From Candidatus Altimarinota bacterium (GTDB taxonomy: Bacteria > Patescibacteriota > Gracilibacteria > UBA1369), in contig OY782391.1 in NCBI GenBank assembly GCA_963677745.1, forward strand, positions 224,001 through 288,000: a stretch of 64,000 nucleotides of DNA, written 5' to 3'. The notes under the pieces are model-generated. The model was given only the letters and a program-made list of their open reading frames with translations. It did no database searches and had not been told where the DNA came from. Positions 50,071-61,371 of this stretch are shown here, one piece after another. Positions within the stretch are counted from its first letter, which is position 1, and the number at the start of each line of letters is the position of its first letter. Both the position numbers and the translations under genes were made by a program.

Positions 50071-50511
50071 ATGATTGATTTTTTAAACCAATTGGCACCG
50101 GATTTTTCGCTCAAAGACCAGGAAGGCACCCCCCATAAACTCTCCGATTACAGGGGCGGACTGGTTCTGCTCTATTTCTATCCAAAGGACATGACTCCCG
50201 GATGCACCAAAGAAGCACAGTGTTTCAGGGACAGACTTAATGATCTGAAAGACCTGAATGTCCAGGTTCTGGGAATCAGCATCGATAATGAAAAATCCCA
50301 TAAAAAATTTGCGGAAAAGGAACATCTGAATTTTCCGATTCTGTCGGACACGGATAAAAGCGCCGTCAGGGAATATGGCGTCCGTAAAGGACCCTTTACC
50401 AAAAGAGAATCCTTCCTGATCGACCAAAATGGCATGATTATCAAACATTACAGGAAAGTAAACCCACAGGAACACGCCGAGGAAGTGCTCGGGGATGTGA
50501 AGGCTTTGTAG
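50071..50511 (+). CDS. bcp: Peroxiredoxin BCP
   Basis: LYFYPKD.TPGCT.EA..F. Confidence 0.92.
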   Translation: MIDFLNQLAPDFSLKDQEGTPHKLSDYRGGLVLLYFYPKDMTPGCTKEAQCFRDRLNDLKDLNVQVLGISIDNEKSHKKFAEKEHLNFPILSDTDKSAVREYGVRKGPFTKRESFLIDQNGMIIKHYRKVNPQEHAEEVLGDVKAL

Positions 50512-50518
50512 AATTCTT

Positions 50519-51169
50519 TTACTCTTTGTGGAGTCCCCCTAGCCTGATGATTTTGTCGTTCCCGGTGACAGTCCTGAATATGGCCAGCCTGCGCAGCCAA
50601 CCGGAAAGTGTCAGTTTGTTTCTTTTCGACCGGGAAGGGACGTATTTCTTGTCCACTTCGATCGGCTTTACGAAAGCCATTCCCTCCAGCACGCCCACCG
50701 CTCCTCCGTCAGTCAGCGGATTATCACCAACCATCCAAGTGCTTTCAGGATCAAAATCCATGCTCCGACAAACTTCTATAAATCCCGAGGCTGCTGGTTT
50801 GGCTTTATTGCCGGAGTAAATCGGGATGTCCATCTCCCGCAGAGGATTAAGTCTTTCCATACCTTTGCAATTGGAATAAACGCCGAAACGCATTCCACTG
50901 CTTTTCAGGTTATCGATATGCCCCAGATTTTTATCCAGGATCGGCCCATAGGGAGGGGCAATGCAGGCGTCCACGTCCAATAACACATCCAGTAGAGCTT
51001 TGCCGGTCACACAACGCAAAGTGTACACTTCAAAATCGGTAAACTGCTCCAGATAAGCATCAGCGTCGGTAGTCTTACCCAAAATTCCAACGCTTAAAAA
51101 GTGCGCCAGTTTGTCGAAATTTATCCCCTCACGATCGGTTTCAGAAGCAAGGACAAGTTCTTTTCCCAT
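50519..51169 (-). CDS. HAD IIIA phosphatase (YqeG-like)
   Basis: LLDVD, SN, AKP, MVGDN.LTD. Confidence 0.78.
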   Translation of the reverse strand: MGKELVLASETDREGINFDKLAHFLSVGILGKTTDADAYLEQFTDFEVYTLRCVTGKALLDVLLDVDACIAPPYGPILDKNLGHIDNLKSSGMRFGVYSNCKGMERLNPLREMDIPIYSGNKAKPAASGFIEVCRSMDFDPESTWMVGDNPLTDGGAVGVLEGMAFVKPIEVDKKYVPSRSKRNKLTLSGWLRRLAIFRTVTGNDKIIRLGGLHKE

Positions 51170-51246
51170 GATTATGAGGTTAATTACTACAAAATAAGGA
51201 GACAACATAATAAAAAAGGCATTTTATGTCAAATGGGAGAGACGGA

Positions 51247-51648
51247 TTAAACCGACAGCCTCTTCATTATATTTTTCAATTCATCGTTCCTATCCAAGTT
51301 TACGATTATCAACCTGTCATTTAAAGATTTAGTAGTAATAATCCCCACCTCAGCCCGCATAGGATTGTCATCAAGCCAATAAAAATCAGACAAAAAATCA
51401 ATCGCCTCAGTTTTTAAGGTATTCCAGAATGTTGGCTTCAGTGCCTGCAATTTTTCTATAACCGCTTGATCAAAATATTTCGAAAGACGATTCAATACCG
51501 CCTTTGTATCGCCTTTGCAGTGAGTCGTTAACCAATAACAATCAAAATTATCGATAATATAATCAATAAACGGCAAAACGTGATCAGCAGTTCGAGTTTC
51601 CTTTGCCGTTAATAGGACTCCATCGACATCTAAATACAGTTTTTTCAT
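51247..51648 (-). CDS. HAD-superfamily protein (AT-rich gene)
   Basis: LYLDVDGVL, WLTT, KT.AID, WLDD. Confidence 0.75.
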   Translation of the reverse strand: MKKLYLDVDGVLLTAKETRTADHVLPFIDYIIDNFDCYWLTTHCKGDTKAVLNRLSKYFDQAVIEKLQALKPTFWNTLKTEAIDFLSDFYWLDDNPMRAEVGIITTKSLNDRLIIVNLDRNDELKNIMKRLSV

Positions 51649-51996
51649 GAATACCAACTTACATTGGAGAACTTTAATTAAAGTACAACAATAAACGCGG
51701 AAACGACAATCACATTGCTGACTGGGGATGATGTGTATTTTTCCCGCTGCGCGGCAAAAAAGCGTTCTTGCTCGCTCACCAATGTGGAAACATGGCTTCC
51801 CCACCGGTTTCGCTCGCTTCGACCGCCGAACCCGCTGCTTCTTTGAAGCAGGGTTCTCCTCCCCCTATTTCACAGAACCAAAAGAATTTAGTGGCCGCAA
51901 TACAAGGAAACAAACGACGAGACGAACAAAACCTACGCCCGTAGGTGTGTGAGCGAGGAGCGCCGTTGACGCAGTAGTGCGGTCTCTAAATTCTTT

Positions 51997-52070
51997 TGGC
52001 TGGGGATGAGGGATTCGAACCCCCGGTGCCGCCTCCAGAGGGCGGAGCCTTACCACTTGGCCAATCCCCA
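51997..52070 (-). tRNA. tRNA-Gln(CTG)
   Basis: TGGGGAT acceptor, anticodon arm CCGCC-CTCTGGA-GGCGG, TTCGAAT, encoded CCA. Confidence 0.95.
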
Positions 52071-52153
52071 GCAATGCCGAGCCGTAGCTGGTCTTTTTCG
52101 GCGCGCATAAATTACACCAAACCCGGCAAATTGCAAAATTTTTTCATCTAAAT

Positions 52154-52771
52154 CTATACCAACAGCCCTCCGGAATCACTGAAATGTATTCCCGCCCGCT
52201 CGGCCCGGCTTTTGATCAACCCCTCCACATCCATATAACAACGCTCAATCTGTCCCTCATAATTGGTAAACTGATAGTCAAAATGCTTGGCTTCAGCCAT
52301 CTCCAGTTCTGCGCTTTGCATGCGGCGTTTCATTTCTTCCTCCGGCAGTTTGCCACGATGCTCGATCCTGGCACGCAAAACATCCATATTCTGCGGTTTG
52401 ATAAATATCAGCAAAAGTTGCTCTCTTGGCACCACCTCCTTGATACTCTTGGCTCCCTGAATATCGACCTCCCTGATCACCAGCCTGCCCTCATCCAAAC
52501 CTTTTTCAATCATATCCCGTCGGGTTCCATAGTAGTCTTTCTGATGTACCTGCGCCCATTCCAGAAACTCCCCCTGATCGATCCCCTTTTTGAATTCATC
52601 CACCGTTACAAAGTGATACTGTTCACCGTCTTTCTCACCCGGGCGCATGGCCCTGGTGGTATGGGATAAGACAAAAACCGCCTGAGATAACCTTTTCTTA
52701 AGCAAATCTATAATAGTTCCCTTGCCCACTCCGGAGGGCCCCGAAATGACTACAAACAATCCTTTCGCCAT
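52154..52771 (-). CDS. gmk: Guanylate kinase
   Basis: SGPSGVGKGT, SHTTR.MRPGE.DG..Y.F, YYGT. Confidence 0.96.
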   Translation of the reverse strand: MAKGLFVVISGPSGVGKGTIIDLLKKRLSQAVFVLSHTTRAMRPGEKDGEQYHFVTVDEFKKGIDQGEFLEWAQVHQKDYYGTRRDMIEKGLDEGRLVIREVDIQGAKSIKEVVPREQLLLIFIKPQNMDVLRARIEHRGKLPEEEMKRRMQSAELEMAEAKHFDYQFTNYEGQIERCYMDVEGLIKSRAERAGIHFSDSGGLLV

Positions 52772-52863
52772 AGGTATTGACAAGTTATTGTATTGGTTTA
52801 TAATATTATGATTCTTTGATTAATTGACCTCCTGAAAATAAATCCTGAAACATACTAGCAGAT

Positions 52864-52892
52864 TTGATCGGAAAGACAAAAAATGATATAAT
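52864..52892 (+). promoter_or_regulatory. Sigma70-type promoter facing a non-coding region
   Basis: TTGATC-N17-TATAAT with extended TGn. Confidence 0.65.
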
Positions 52893-52945
52893 GCAGGGAT
52901 TTATCCGAGCTTAAAACCGGGAATCACGCCCCTTGAAAACCAGGC

Positions 52946-53071
52946 ACCGCGAAAAGTAGTGGACAACAGTTCTACCAGCAAGGCTCCTATCATCAAAACG
53001 AGCAGCCCGGAGGAACGCTCCCACGAGGCCAGCCAGCTAATGAGCTGTTGCTCTCTACTTTTCGATGCGGT
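52946..53071 (+). ncRNA. Candidate rod-shaped structured RNA (6S-like?)
   Basis: Nested pairings ACCGC/GCGGT, GAAAAGTAG/CTACTTTTC and CAACAGTTC/GAGCTGTTG, an internal bubble, then GAGC/GCTC. Confidence 0.45.
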
Positions 53072-53376
53072 ATCGGCTAATACCCGAAAGATATACCTAT
53101 ATATTGGCTCAGGTTATTATAGATCAGAGTTAATGTGTACGGAAAAGATCAAAAATAAAACCAAACAAAAAGCTAGTCTCCCGTTAAGAGAGACAGCACA
53201 AACCAAATAAAAATAAAAAAGGACGATGGTGAGCCTCGTCGTTAAACAAGACACCAAAGAACAGTAGAGAGATGGATTGAAACAATAATTGCCGTAGTTT
53301 TGATCCGAGTGTTCCCTGGACTTCACTTTTTCCTCTGCAACTTTATACTTGCGGATAGGAGTGAGCCAAAGCACTT

Positions 53377-53411
53377 AAAAGGCCCTGTCATTTATATAGA
53401 CGGGGCCTTTT
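53377..53411. terminator. Bidirectional intrinsic terminator downstream of ssb
   Basis: AAAAGGCCCTGTC...GACGGGGCCTTTT. Confidence 0.75.
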
Positions 53412-53461
53412 CCTGTACACAAATTTTTTCTTTTCCTCACTAAACGCGCACCGGTATCGTA

Positions 53462-53929
53462 CTAGAACGGTAAGTCATCGATGGTCACATCTGCCTCATT
53501 CATGACCGGAGCGGGGCCGCCCACTTCGTCCGAGGACTCATTCTTTCTGCCCAATCCCCCGGCAAAGCCGGGCTCATTACCGCCGATCATCTCGCCCTTG
53601 CGGTCCAGCATAATCATATTGTCGGCCACAATTTCGGTCTTGTATCTCTTCACGCCGTCTTCCCCTTCCCACTCGCGGGTCTGCAGCCGGCCTTCCACAA
53701 AAATTTTGCTGCCCTTGCGCAGATACTGCCCGATAATCTCGGCCAGTTTTCTCCAGGCTACTATATTATGATATTCCGCCTTGTCCTGTTTCTGTCCGCT
53801 GGAGTCGGTCCAGCTGAAATTGGTGGCGATGGAAAAAGAAGCCACCGTCTGACCTCCGGGAATCTGTCGCAGCTCGGGATCGCGGGTAAGATTGCCGATC
53901 AGCTGCACTCGGTTAAGTGACATTGCCAT
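53462..53929 (-). CDS. ssb: Single-stranded DNA-binding protein
   Basis: LNRVQLIGNLTRDPELR, VEGRLQTR.W, DDLPF tail. Confidence 0.97.
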   Translation of the reverse strand: MAMSLNRVQLIGNLTRDPELRQIPGGQTVASFSIATNFSWTDSSGQKQDKAEYHNIVAWRKLAEIIGQYLRKGSKIFVEGRLQTREWEGEDGVKRYKTEIVADNMIMLDRKGEMIGGNEPGFAGGLGRKNESSDEVGGPAPVMNEADVTIDDLPF

Positions 53930-54118
53930 AAGTAATACGCTTTAAATTATAAAAATTTCATGGCCACTATAAACCATGTCAACAAAACTACAATTGCCTA
54001 ACGCTGGCAAATATTTTAAAAAGTCGGAGCATTGACTTTCGGAAATTTGTTACCTAAAATGCGCGCGCTGCTGAATCTGATAAAAAGATCGGCACGACTT
54101 GATTTTGAACATCCGGAC

Positions 54119-54859
54119 ATGACACTTGCTGATTTAAAAATCGAACTGGCCCCCAAAACCATCTTCACCCTCGGTGGATTTCCCGTCACCAATACCATGA
54201 TTACGATGTGGCTGGTGATGGCAATTTTGATCGGACTGGCTATCTTTATACGGGTCCGTCTAAAATATCTGCCTTCCGGTTTTCAGAACTTTGTGGAATG
54301 GGCATTGGGCGGAATGTATGACTTTATGGAAAGCGTCGGCGGCAAAGAAGCCCAGAAACATTTTGTTCCTTTCATCAGTTTCTTTCTGATCATTCTTTTC
54401 TCCAACTGGCTGGGACTGCTGATGGGCCCGATCGCCGAAGAAAGCGGTTTCCTGCGCGCGCCCACCAGCGATCTCAACTCCACGCTGGGACTGGCCATTT
54501 CCGCTTTTCTCTATTTTGAATACATGGGCTTCAAAGCCCACGGCATATTCGGCTATCTGGGACATTTCGTGAACATCAAGGCGATTTTCCAGAAAGGCGC
54601 CATGGGACTGATCGACTTTGTGACCGGACTGCTGCACATTATTTCTGAAATCGTCCGTCCGACCGCCCTGTCACTTCGTCTTTTCGGCAATATCTTCGGC
54701 GGGGAAATCGTACTGACAATCGCTTTCGCCCTGGTCAATCCGCTGATTCCGGTGCCTTTTATGATGCTGGAAGTAATCGTGGGACTGATCCAGGCCTTCG
54801 TGTTTGCGACACTTTTCCTGACTTTCACGTCGCTCAACACCGCTCATGAAGAGCATTAA
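54119..54859 (+). CDS. atpB: ATP synthase subunit a
   Basis: APTSDLN.T, LSLRLFGNIFGGE, IQAFVF. Confidence 0.95.
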   Translation: MTLADLKIELAPKTIFTLGGFPVTNTMITMWLVMAILIGLAIFIRVRLKYLPSGFQNFVEWALGGMYDFMESVGGKEAQKHFVPFISFFLIILFSNWLGLLMGPIAEESGFLRAPTSDLNSTLGLAISAFLYFEYMGFKAHGIFGYLGHFVNIKAIFQKGAMGLIDFVTGLLHIISEIVRPTALSLRLFGNIFGGEIVLTIAFALVNPLIPVPFMMLEVIVGLIQAFVFATLFLTFTSLNTAHEEH

Positions 54860-54889
54860 TTTTATCGATCATTGTAAAATATAACCTAA

Positions 54890-55114
<225 letters not shown>

Positions 55115-55128
55115 GAAACAATCTTAAC

Positions 55129-55719
55129 ATGCCAAACATGTTTATACCTGTCGCTTTCGCCACGGAAGCGGTGGAACAGGAAAATTTGACCACCTCCACC
55201 GAAACTTCGGCCAAGTCCGAAGAACATTCCGAAGGCCTGAGCATCGAACCGTCCACGGTTGCCTTTCAGGCGCTGAACTTTCTGATTCTGCTGATTCTGC
55301 TGAAAATGATTCTCTACAAACCTCTGCTGCAACTGCTGAAAGACCGTGAAAAGAGAATCCGTGAAGGTGTGGAAAATGCCGAAAAAGCCGACCGGATGCT
55401 GGCGGAATCGGAAACCACCCATCAGAACATCCTCAAAACCGCCAAAGTGGAAAGCCACGGTATTCTGGAAACAGCCAAGAACTCGGCTGAGATAACACGT
55501 CTGGCCATTCTAGACAAAGCACAAACCGAAGCCAACAAACTGTTGGAAAACGGACGCAATATTGTCGACATGGAAAAAAGCCGCGCCGCCCAGGAATTGA
55601 AAAACGAGGCGGTCAATCTGGTAATTCTGGCCGCCGAGAAAGTCCTGCGTGAGAAACTTGATCTCAAAAAAGACCAGCAGCTGATCGAAGACAGTCTGGG
55701 CAGTTACCTTAAACCCTAA
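55129..55719 (+). CDS. atpF: ATP synthase subunit b
   Basis: Q.LNF.IL..LL...LYKP....L..R..RI. Confidence 0.92.
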   Translation: MPNMFIPVAFATEAVEQENLTTSTETSAKSEEHSEGLSIEPSTVAFQALNFLILLILLKMILYKPLLQLLKDREKRIREGVENAEKADRMLAESETTHQNILKTAKVESHGILETAKNSAEITRLAILDKAQTEANKLLENGRNIVDMEKSRAAQELKNEAVNLVILAAEKVLREKLDLKKDQQLIEDSLGSYLKP

Positions 55720-56261
55720 TGGAAAAGAATCTCCACTTAAAACTGGGCAAGGCGCTCTATGACCGAGCTTTTCAGGATCAAAACACCAAAGAGGTGTTTG
55801 ATAACCTGCAGCTGGTCAATGATCTTTTGAAAGACCGCGAACTGGTTGACCGGTTCAACAACCTGGCCTATTCCGGAGACCTGAAAATCAGAAACTGCGT
55901 CAGGGAAATTTTTGATCCGCCCCTGGAAAACACCGTCACCGAATTAATGGTACTGCTTATTACCAACCATTATATCCAGCTTCTGCCCAAGATCTTTGCC
56001 GGTTTCCGCCGCCACCGTTTTGAAGCACTGGGCATACGTGAAGTGAAAATCCGCACCGCCCGTGAATTGTCGGCCGCCGAAAAATCCCGGATTTCCGACC
56101 AGCTGGGCGGAAAACAGGGCAAACTGCATCTGACTTTCCAGCACAACGCCGCTCTGATCGGCGGAATGCAGATCGTGGACCAGGGAAGGCTGACCGATCT
56201 GTCGATCCGCAACCAGCTGGCCCAGCTTAAACATCATTTACAAAGTACTGACACAATTTAA
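55719..56261 (+). CDS. atpH: ATP synthase subunit delta
   Basis: Operon position; LIGG.......D.SI..QL. Confidence 0.85.
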   Translation: MEKNLHLKLGKALYDRAFQDQNTKEVFDNLQLVNDLLKDRELVDRFNNLAYSGDLKIRNCVREIFDPPLENTVTELMVLLITNHYIQLLPKIFAGFRRHRFEALGIREVKIRTARELSAAEKSRISDQLGGKQGKLHLTFQHNAALIGGMQIVDQGRLTDLSIRNQLAQLKHHLQSTDTI

Positions 56262-56271
56262 CCTTAAAGTA

Positions 56272-57786
56272 ATGACATTCGACGCCAAAAAAATCAGCTC
56301 CTTTCTGGAAGAACAACTGCGCACCGTAGAATTCACGCCCCAATCGGTGGGAGTGGGCCGCATCACCATGGTCGGTGACGGAATCGCCCAAGTCAGCGGT
56401 CTGGCCGACGTACAGATGGGAGAAATGGTGGATTTCGGCAACGATACCTTCGGCATGGCCATCAATCTGGCCCATGATCAGGTTGGTTGCATCCTGTTCA
56501 GCCAGGGTAATAATTTAAAAGAAGGCGACACCGTCAAAACCACCGGCAGAATCATGCAGGTACCGGTCGGTGAAGCCCTGATCGGACGCGTGGTCAACCC
56601 GCTGGGTATGCCCATCGACAATCTGGGTCCGGTCAAAACCAAACTTTTCCGCCCCATCGAACAAAAAGCTGAGGGCGTAATTTACAGAAAATCCGTAACC
56701 GTTCCGCTGCAAACCGGCATCAAAGCCATCGATGCCATCGTACCGATCGGCCGCGGACAGCGCGAATTGATCATCGGCGACCGCCAGATCGGCAAGACCG
56801 CCATCGCCATCGATACCATTATCAATCAGAAAGGTAAGGGAGTTTACTGCTTCTACGTAGCTGTCGGCCAGAAACAGTCCACCATTGCGAACGTGGTCAA
56901 CAAGCTGCAGGAACACGGCGCCATGGAATATACAACCGTAGTCGCTACTTCCGCTTCCGACGCCGCTTCACTTTCTTATATCGCCCCTTATGCCGGCTGC
57001 GCCATGGCCGAAGAGATCATGTATTCCGGCAAGGACGCTTTGATTATTTATGACGATCTTTCCAAACATGCCTGGGCCTACCGCGAAGTTGCGCTGCTGC
57101 TGCGCCGCCCCCCAGGCCGTGAAGCCTACCCCGGCGATATTTTCTATCTGCATTCCCGTCTGCTCGAAAGGTCTTCCCGTTTGTCGGAGGATTTGGGGGG
57201 CGGCTCACTGACTGCCCTGCCTTTGATTGAAACACAGGATTCAGATATCTCCGCTTATATCCCCACCAACGTCATCTCCATTACCGACGGCCAAATCTTC
57301 CTGGAATCCGAAGCATTTTATTCAGGTAAACGTCCGGCTCTCAACCCCGGCCTGTCAGTCTCCCGTGTGGGAGGCAAAGCCCAGGTACCGGTGATGAAGA
57401 AAGTGGCCGGTAATCTGCGTCTGTCTTTGGCCCAGTTCCGCGAACTGGAAAGTTTCGCCCAGATCGGTTCCGACCTGGATACCCAGACCAAAGCCACCCT
57501 GGAAAGAGGCCAGAAAATCGTGGAAGTTCTCAAACAGCCGCAATACAAACCACTGCACGTCAGCAAACAGATTGCCATCATCTATGCCGTCAACAACGGT
57601 CTTTTGGATGATGTGGCCAATCAGGACATCCGCAGTTTTGAAAACGACCTCTATGATTTCATGGATGCCAAACATCAATCTCTGATTGAAGTGCTGAACA
57701 CCGCCCAGAAATTCACCCCCGATCTGGAAAAACAATTGAAAGAAATGATCGCCGATTTCAAGATGGGCTGGCAGACGGTTATTTAA
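56272..57786 (+). CDS. atpA: ATP synthase subunit alpha
   Basis: [26 protein letters not shown]. Confidence 0.98.
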   Translation: MTFDAKKISSFLEEQLRTVEFTPQSVGVGRITMVGDGIAQVSGLADVQMGEMVDFGNDTFGMAINLAHDQVGCILFSQGNNLKEGDTVKTTGRIMQVPVGEALIGRVVNPLGMPIDNLGPVKTKLFRPIEQKAEGVIYRKSVTVPLQTGIKAIDAIVPIGRGQRELIIGDRQIGKTAIAIDTIINQKGKGVYCFYVAVGQKQSTIANVVNKLQEHGAMEYTTVVATSASDAASLSYIAPYAGCAMAEEIMYSGKDALIIYDDLSKHAWAYREVALLLRRPPGREAYPGDIFYLHSRLLERSSRLSEDLGGGSLTALPLIETQDSDISAYIPTNVISITDGQIFLESEAFYSGKRPALNPGLSVSRVGGKAQVPVMKKVAGNLRLSLAQFRELESFAQIGSDLDTQTKATLERGQKIVEVLKQPQYKPLHVSKQIAIIYAVNNGLLDDVANQDIRSFENDLYDFMDAKHQSLIEVLNTAQKFTPDLEKQLKEMIADFKMGWQTVI

Positions 57787-57812
57787 TGAACAAATTATCT
57801 GAACAAGCTTAA

Positions 57813-58685
57813 ATGGCTACATTACGAGAAATAAAGACCAGGATCAAATCCATTAAATCCACCCAGAAGATTACCAAGGCGATGGAGATGATGGCCGCGT
57901 CCAAAATGAAAAAGGCCCAGCAGACGGCCTTGGCCGGTCGTCCCTATGTTCAGAAGCTGGGAGATGTGATCAATAATCTTGTTCATTTGAGTGATCCCCC
58001 GCTCCACCATCCGCTTCTGGATCGGCAAAAAGTCCCTGGTACAGTGGGACGCAGCGGCTATATTCTGCTCACTTCCAACCGCGGCCTTTGCGGCAGTTTC
58101 AACAGCGGCATCCTCAAGAAAATGATTGAGACTCTGCAAACCGACCCCGATCCTCGCGAAACCGTCATTACGGTCGGCCGCAAAGGCCGCCAGGTCATGG
58201 AGCGGGGCGGCTTCAACATCGTAGCCGATTTTGAAAATCTCTCCGATAAGCCGACTTTCATGGATACTATCGGTATAAGCCAAACTATCATCGAAGAATA
58301 TCTGAACGGAAAACTGGACAAGGTTTTTCTGGTTTATAACCATTTTCATTCCACTCTTTCCCAAAAACCGGTAGTTAAACAGCTTCTGCCCATCTCCGGC
58401 GACCTGGACCAGCTCCCCCAGAATTTCCACACCGACTATATCTTTGAAGCAGATAAACCGGAACTTTTGGACAAACTGCTGCGCCGTTATCTGGAAATTG
58501 CCGTCTTTCAGACCGTTCTGGAATCCGTTGCCTCCGAGCACAGCGCCCGCATGATGGCCATGCGCACCGCTTCCGACAATGCCAAGGACATCATCGCCCG
58601 CCTGACTCTGCATTACAACAAGGCCCGCCAGTCCAAGATCACCACCCAGATTCTGGAGGTGGTCAGCGGCTCGGTCTCACAATAA
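57813..58685 (+). CDS. atpG: ATP synthase subunit gamma
   Basis: KITKAMEM.AASK, RGLCG.FN, SEH.ARM.AM..A.DNA. Confidence 0.97.
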   Translation: MATLREIKTRIKSIKSTQKITKAMEMMAASKMKKAQQTALAGRPYVQKLGDVINNLVHLSDPPLHHPLLDRQKVPGTVGRSGYILLTSNRGLCGSFNSGILKKMIETLQTDPDPRETVITVGRKGRQVMERGGFNIVADFENLSDKPTFMDTIGISQTIIEEYLNGKLDKVFLVYNHFHSTLSQKPVVKQLLPISGDLDQLPQNFHTDYIFEADKPELLDKLLRRYLEIAVFQTVLESVASEHSARMMAMRTASDNAKDIIARLTLHYNKARQSKITTQILEVVSGSVSQ

Positions 58686-58731
58686 AGCCAGGGCTTCACT
58701 TACATTATAAATTTAAAAAAACTCTAACTAA

Positions 58732-60201
<1,470 letters not shown>

Positions 60202-60225
60202 TTATCATCCCTAAGACGCGCTCCC

Positions 60226-60639
60226 ATGTTCCACCTCCACATTGCCACTCCGGAAAAAATGCTTTTCGATGCCGAAATCGAAAGTCTGGTCGTGCCCACC
60301 ACCAAAGGTGAAATGGGAGTGCTGACCGGCCACCATCCGGTGATCGCCCAGCTGGGATTGGGTGCGATCAAAATTACTCTGGCCGATCAAACCGCCTCGA
60401 CGATTTTCATCAGCAGCGGTTATCTGGAAGTGAATAACAACAAAGCCACTATTCTGGCCGACCAGGCCGAAAATATCGAAGAAATCGCCCTGGAGCAGGT
60501 CAAAGCGGCCCGCGCCAAAGCCGAAGAACTTCTCAAGACCGCCAAGAGCACCGAGGAAGTAGAAAGACTGTATCAGGAACTGAAGATGCAGGCCTTGCGC
60601 GAACAGCTGGCGGGAATTGCCAAATATAAGAAAGATTAG
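60226..60639 (+). CDS. atpC: ATP synthase subunit epsilon
   Basis: I.TPE, GE.GVL.GH.P, SGY.EV. Confidence 0.93.
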   Translation: MFHLHIATPEKMLFDAEIESLVVPTTKGEMGVLTGHHPVIAQLGLGAIKITLADQTASTIFISSGYLEVNNNKATILADQAENIEEIALEQVKAARAKAEELLKTAKSTEEVERLYQELKMQALREQLAGIAKYKKD

Positions 60640-60649
60640 AAATAAGCAT

Positions 60650-61048
60650 ATGAGTAAAACTCTGCCTCAACTGCAAAATGCACGCGACTATTTTGCCGAA
60701 TTGAAAAATAAAACCGCCCAGCCGGCCAATATTCTTGATCTGGCTCCGGTCATCCCGCAACTGGGAATAGCCCTGGAGCTGACCCGTGACACCACTGAAA
60801 TGGAAAGCATGCTGCTCACCGGCAACGACACCTGGCAGCAAACCCGGGAATCAGCCGAAAGAGTGCTTAGGGAAGCACTGAAAGGAAATTATGAAGTGCC
60901 GGCCAGCCCGGTCGTGGAAAACAACTCCTTTGAGGCTGTCTCCCATAACATCCATGGACGGATTGTAAAAACCTTTGACTGCGCAGACCTGGAACAGTGC
61001 TGTCATGTCCTGGAACATGCCATCAAAAGACTGACCGACCTGAATTAA
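60650..61048 (+). CDS. Hypothetical protein
   Basis: 132-aa ORF directly after atpC. Confidence 0.55.
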   Translation: MSKTLPQLQNARDYFAELKNKTAQPANILDLAPVIPQLGIALELTRDTTEMESMLLTGNDTWQQTRESAERVLREALKGNYEVPASPVVENNSFEAVSHNIHGRIVKTFDCADLEQCCHVLEHAIKRLTDLN

Positions 61049-61056
61049 CATCTTCA

Positions 61057-61089
61057 TTCGTAAAAGTAAGATTTTCTTACTTTTACGAA
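61057..61089. repeat. Perfect 15-bp AT-rich inverted repeat
   Basis: TTCGTAAAAGTAAGA-TTT-TCTTACTTTTACGAA. Confidence 0.75.
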
Positions 61090-61123
61090 CATCAACCTTG
61101 CGACAAACACATTCGAATAACTT

Positions 61124-61336
61124 TCAGGGATGGCAGGGGTTTAGGTCCGGAATAGCTTCCAGAGAACGCCTAAGCTGCAAAGATTCGGTATATCCGCCGA
61201 TGGCCAGACCAGCGCTGAAAGCTGCCGCCAGGGAAAGCAATACCAGCAGGGTCAGGAGCGCCGCGCCTGCGGCGCGGCGCGAACGATCGCCCGGACGAAC
61301 ACCCGATAGACGTTTTTCCATTGCTTTTTGAGTCAT
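61124..61336 (-). CDS. Possible small single-TM protein
   Basis: 70-aa ORF with one hydrophobic helix. Confidence 0.4.
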   Translation of the reverse strand: MTQKAMEKRLSGVRPGDRSRRAAGAALLTLLVLLSLAAAFSAGLAIGGYTESLQLRRSLEAIPDLNPCHP

Positions 61337-61371
61337 TTTAAGAGAAAGATAGGTTGAATTGTTTTATGAAT

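Noticed and set aside
53117-53374. rpsR or another CDS downstream of ssb
   Set aside because: No S18 similarity; it lies beyond the terminator and has a non-protein-like composition.
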